A stretch of DNA of 63,935 nucleotides, counting the filler, from Rozella allomycis CSF55 (Eukaryota), in NCBI GenBank assembly GCA_000442015.1. It is 5 parts of 5 records of this genome, joined end to end, with 100 filler letters (N's around TTAATTAATTAA, not from the genome) between each part and the next. Parts side by side here need not be neighbours in the genome. Positions count along the whole stretch, not along the records: positions 58,612 to 60,246 come from KE560414.1; positions 60,347 to 62,831 come from KE560416.1; positions 62,932 to 63,935 come from KE560633.1; 2 more parts are not named here. The stretch is one strand, 5' to 3'. The notes below the pieces were generated by a model, which worked only from the letters and a program-made list of their open reading frames with translations, searched no databases and was not told the origin of the DNA. Position numbers and translations under genes: made by a program. Below are positions 59,707 through 63,935 of the stretch, one piece after another (position 1 is the first letter of the stretch; each line of letters starts with the position of its first letter).

Positions 59707-60246
59707 TTATTTATTCTTCTTAATTGATGCCTTTTTAATAGAGTTAGTTTTGATGCTTTTCTTCTTGGATGATTTTTTAATGGGTTTCTTTTTTAAAGCT
59801 GCTTTGGCTCCTTCAAATGTTTCTTTCGTATTGCCTGGATTTGTGCATCTTGAAACGCGTATCTTACGACCTTCTAATTCTGTTTCATTTAACTCTAATG
59901 CCAAAGAGACCGAAACCCTGTCCTTATATTCAAAAAATAAAATTCAGATTACTTGAAACTCCACGTACGCGATCCCTTTACCAACACTTGTTGCTTTATC
60001 ACGTACAACTCTCACATTAACAATGTCACCACAAGATGAAAAATACTGCCACAGGCTTTCTTCTTTTACATTAAACGGTAAGTTGCCAACAAATATACAC
60101 TTTTTGTATTCTGCTTTCTATTATATTTAAGTTAAATGGAGTACCTTTTCACCGACAACGTTATCAACACGAATATGTTTTCCATCAAAATCTGTAGCAT
60201 TTTCTTTTAATGCAGATGTAACAGACTTTTCATCTTTAAATACAAT
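59707..60246 (-). CDS. RRM nucleolar protein, Nop12/RBM34-like (3' part only)
   Basis: KHIRVD, IFVGNLPF, VRVVRDKATSVGKGIAYVEF, FEGAKA and a Lys-rich tail. Confidence 0.85.
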
Positions 60247-60346
60247 NNNNNNNNNNNNNNNNNNNNNNNNNNNNNNNNNNNNNNNNNNNNTTAATTAATT
60301 AANNNNNNNNNNNNNNNNNNNNNNNNNNNNNNNNNNNNNNNNNNNN
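60247..60346. other. Artificial contig-joining spacer
   Basis: N-TTAATTAATTAA-N, 100 nt. Confidence 0.97.
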
Positions 60347-60397
60347 AAATGAAAATAAAGATAAAAGCGACGACGACTAGAAAAAAATAGTTTCAAT

Positions 60398-61068
60398 TTA
60401 ATTTATTGGAATTTCTAGTCCTCCAACACTTTCAGCCGTTAAATTTGCATCTTCGGATGGATATTTTCTTATAAATTCATAAAAAAATATTTACAAGTTT
60501 TCAATGAATGAATTTCCGGTGGGATCTTCGATTTGAATTTCAAAAGGTTCATTAAGTTCTAATAATTTGGATAGCTTTTGAATGACCATCGAAATAGCAC
60601 TGTGAAATTCCGGTTCTTTTTGTCTTTGAGGTTGATTAAATTCCAAATCTTCGATTGCCCTTTGAATAAACCCACCCACAGTATTATATACACCAAATTT
60701 AGTAGTTGGTGGAATTTCTAAATCTGCAGCATCAATACTAAGTGAAGCTGGTTCAGATAAAACAATTCGTCTCTTTCAAAATCACTCTTATCCAATATTT
60801 TCAAATTAATTTTGCATCCATTGGAACGCATATCAGATTCGGGAGCTGGTGGTACTTTATTTCTTTTATATCCACAAAATTCGCATTCAAACGCTATGAC
60901 CGTAATACTTTTGAAGCCGGGAATTTCAGTATTGAAAACATTTGAAGTTCCCTATTAGTGATAGAGTAAAATATGTACTAGGATTCCACATTGATTACAT
61001 TCTGTTGCGAGATTTTCTTCGTTGGAAAATGTAAATGTATTTTGTTCAATCTCTTCTGTTTGTGTCAT
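60398..61068 (-). pseudogene. Single-module ZPR1 zinc-finger gene with an internal frameshift
   Basis: CNQC...IPGF...FECEFCGYK, then a frame change near 60770 before RRIVLSE...DLEIPP...TVGGFI...IEDPTGNSFIEN. It stops after one ZPR1 module. Confidence 0.65.
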
Positions 61069-61240
61069 GCAAAAGTTTTGTATTTGGGGCGCAGCGTCCT
61101 GCAAAATTTGGGTTCTTAATGTTCTTTCAGAAGTTATTATAGAACTATAAAGAATTTTATGACAGATTTCGGAGATAATAGAATTTAACTTTTAAGTTTG
61201 CTTTTTATCCTTTTCGTCAGCCTCAGTTACGTAGGTCGCA

Positions 61241-62092
61241 ATGGAATCAGAAGTCGAGAGTTTGATAAAAAATACAATAATATCTTTTAATGAGTGAAAT
61301 TTGAAGCTTGGAAGAACGCTACTTGCTCCGAAACTATTGAGACAGTATTTGAGGGACAAACAAGAAAGAAACAAAAGTCGGTTAAAACACGTTCTTCATT
61401 TATACGAATGGGCGTATTGTGCATTTGCAAATCCATCTAGCGGTAATTTATCAAGTATAGCGCATACAATTTCACAATTCAAAATTGTCAAATGGTTTAC
61501 ACAGTTACTGAGAGAAAAGGTGTACCACTTTTGGACTCAAATATGGATAAGTAATGAGATGGATCAATTAGCGGTCCCTCCTTTTGATTCAATAAAGCAA
61601 TTGTATGACGATTTCAGGAAAATTACGCTTGATGCCCTCAAAAAGATTCAAATAATGGATCCAACATTTACATCATCCGAGACACTCAAGGCTATGAAAT
61701 TTGTATGGTTGTCTATATATTGGGAATGGTTTTGCGATCCATCTTCAGAGACAGTCAGCGAACAATGTCTTCTCGTTCAATTGATTGCATTAGGGTTATG
61801 GTGTGTGTGTACAGATTCTTGTGTTGATAATCTAAGATTTTGTTCCAGCAATACAAAAGTTAGAAAGCACATTAACAATGTCCACCAGCGTAGACTACGT
61901 TCTTCTACAATTCCATTACTGGTAAGAAAATAAACCATGTTTGTGGACGTTTAGGCCGATCAAGGCCCTTTATCTCAATATAGACAATACTGCTGCGGCG
62001 CATACACTCATAAATGCATTTGGTCATTCCGGTCATGGTCGGCTGATAAATCGTACAATATCTGGAGACATACTCCTTTGGATCGTACTTAG
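61241..62092 (+). CDS. Hypothetical protein with possible C2H2-like motif(s)
   Basis: The 210-aa ORF 61301-61933 can be extended by plausible tiny introns at both ends; contains CTDSC...F...VRKHINNVH. Confidence 0.4.
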
Positions 62093-62831
62093 AGCAATAC
62101 TTTGAGCCACTCCTCAACATATAGTCGACATTCCCACACGGATCCTTGTAATTACTTCCTCGACTGTCTGCAACTACACTCTCGGTTAACAAAGTTGAAA
62201 TATTAGCACAAACCTCAACGCCACCTTCAAGAAATTTCGTAAATAAATTTTTTCTTTACCCTGGTACGTCCAGTTTTTCATTTGTTTTAACAACCATAAT
62301 AATGATGCCATTTATGACTGTGAAGAGTACATTCATTGGACACTCCAAAGCTAGTATTGCGTTTTTGGAACAATTTTGTTCACACATACTAGAAAACAAT
62401 TATAAAACTATTTATTAACGTTCTCTAATTTGTTAAAAGTTTCTCGTGCAGTCTCTATCAAATCCGTTTCTAAAGCTGAGTAGCTAGCCGATAAACCGTC
62501 GTTTTGTTATCGTTTAACAACTTTGGCATTCCATGACAATCAACTTGAAACAATAGTTTTCAAAAGATAATTACCATAAGTTCTGTTTGGGTTGTTTCCC
62601 GCCCAAAAAGATTTAAACAATTATGGAAAGGCCTTTTCTCGCTATGAGGCATAGATAATGTATATTCTTTGTAAATATCTTTTTGACATTCACTGGCATC
62701 GTGTCTGGTGAATAAATAAGTTTTCGATAAGCCAAATGGTTCATGAGTATATATTATCTATTTTAGAATAAACGGGTAACGTATCGTCTTTGAAATAATC
62801 CAACACAGACATATCGACGCTTGAAGAAACC

Positions 62832-62931
62832 NNNNNNNNNNNNNNNNNNNNNNNNNNNNNNNNNNNNNNNNNNNNTTAATTAATTAANNNNNNNNNNNNN
62901 NNNNNNNNNNNNNNNNNNNNNNNNNNNNNNN
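62832..62931. other. Artificial contig-joining spacer
   Basis: N-TTAATTAATTAA-N, 100 nt. Confidence 0.97.
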
Positions 62932-62994
62932 GGCGTATTTTAGTTCGAAGTAGGCCACTTCGGTTAGACTCGGAAAGGGTTGGCATTGACTCTC

Positions 62995-63278
62995 AAGAGG
63001 GGGAGTGTCGCGGACGATCTTGGATTAATATCCGTACAATTTGTGTTCGAGACTTAGCCACTCGTATATAGATCAATTTTNTGTTCGAGACTTAGCCACT
63101 CGTATATAGATCAATTTTACAAATTCCATAAACCCTGGTCATAATTTATTATCTTTTATGTCTTTTCCGTCTTCCCCAAGTTCTGGTTCCAAGCCCGCGT
63201 CTCTAGCTACAGCTGCTACCCCGTCGCTTGCTTCCACTGTTTCTCATCGTTCCACGGCCTCTTAGACGATTCGTGACA
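62995..63278 (+). mobile_element. 3' end of an LTR retrotransposon: polypurine tract plus 3' LTR
   Basis: PPT AAGAGGGGGAG (62995-63005) abuts TGTCGCGGACG at 63006. The element ends CGATTCGTGACA at 63278, giving TG...CA termini with an imperfect inverted repeat. It is more GC-rich than its flank and lies at a contig edge. Confidence 0.75.
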
Positions 63279-63935
63279 TTATAACCTAAATAAATATTAT
63301 AGATACTTTTGAAAAATATACTTTCCTAATTTGATTTTGTATAATATATTAAGCTTTATTTATACTTCCAATACAAACAATTAAAGTAGTATCTTTTGAA
63401 GTGATGGATGATGATGTGTGAATGTTAGTATCCATGACAAATGGTTATCATTTTGATGTACTTGTTGAGCGGGAACATATCGATATAATTTTAAAAACAC
63501 AATTTCGAAAGAAAACTTTATATTCATCGCTAGCAACATTTTTAACTTACTTGTCTAATTAGAAATTCTATTCTTTTGAAATGTTTTTAGCTTGTTTTCT
63601 TGGAAATATATTCTAAATTTGTCATTGTGTAATTTGATACGCATCTTGTTGATTATAACATACATTTTCCTAATTCATATTGCATTATTATTGTTCTTGT
63701 ATGTTATTTGCGTTTATTCGTCGTTGTAATCCATGTCAAGTTCGTCTTCTTGCATATATCGATGTTTCATTTTCAACACAGTTGTTCGTTATGTATACTG
63801 TATGGCATTATTGTAACCGGATATGGTAGTTCATTGTTGATTGTTATTGCTAAAATATAAGTTTATATATGATTATTTAACTAATACGATTATTTCATGA
63901 CAATAACATATTCATCAAATTTATTTTTAAAACAT

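Noticed and set aside
62230..62270. Possible CG-ending intron for the minus-strand orphan ORF
   Set aside because: A canonical GT-AG solution exists from a different ATG, and the gene itself is doubtful.
1..63935. Alternative genetic code or stop read-through as the cause of ORF fragmentation
   Set aside because: Almost all in-frame stops fall within removable tiny introns, and long exons translate cleanly with the standard code.
63290..63935. AT-rich tail as a possible degraded gene or transposon
   Set aside because: No sustained reading frame or recognisable motif on either strand.

Overview
Gene-dense, AT-rich eukaryotic DNA from a draft assembly. Five contig pieces are joined by N-TTAATTAATTAA-N spacers, and many single-N sites carry tandem duplicates that look like two uncollapsed alleles. 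About 33 protein-coding genes are present, most split by tiny (about 25-32 nt) GT-AG introns, so the ORF track is fragmented; exon boundaries were traced by eye and are approximate. The gene content includes flagellar genes (enkurin, CCDC96, EML-like), presenilin, an animal-type two-cyclase-domain membrane adenylyl cyclase, Era, YbeY, fungal-type Fox2 and Bsd2. This mix points by inference to a flagellated early-diverging fungus or relative, such as a Rozella-like cryptomycete or chytrid. Main leads: (1) three tiny introns that appear to end in TG rather than AG, within an apparently length-measured splicing regime; (2) RFX/X-box-like motifs immediately upstream of three flagellar/microtubule genes and of both cAMP enzymes; (3) intronless secreted candidate effectors (signal peptide + F-box + ankyrin; a tandem lectin-like protein; a membrane-anchored pseudokinase with its kinase domain on the luminal side); (4) kb-scale saw-tooth GC skew that flips inside genes; (5) a degenerate Era GTPase and frameshifted YbeY and ZPR1; (6) the 3' LTR of a retrotransposon. 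No RNA genes or CRISPR arrays were recognised.
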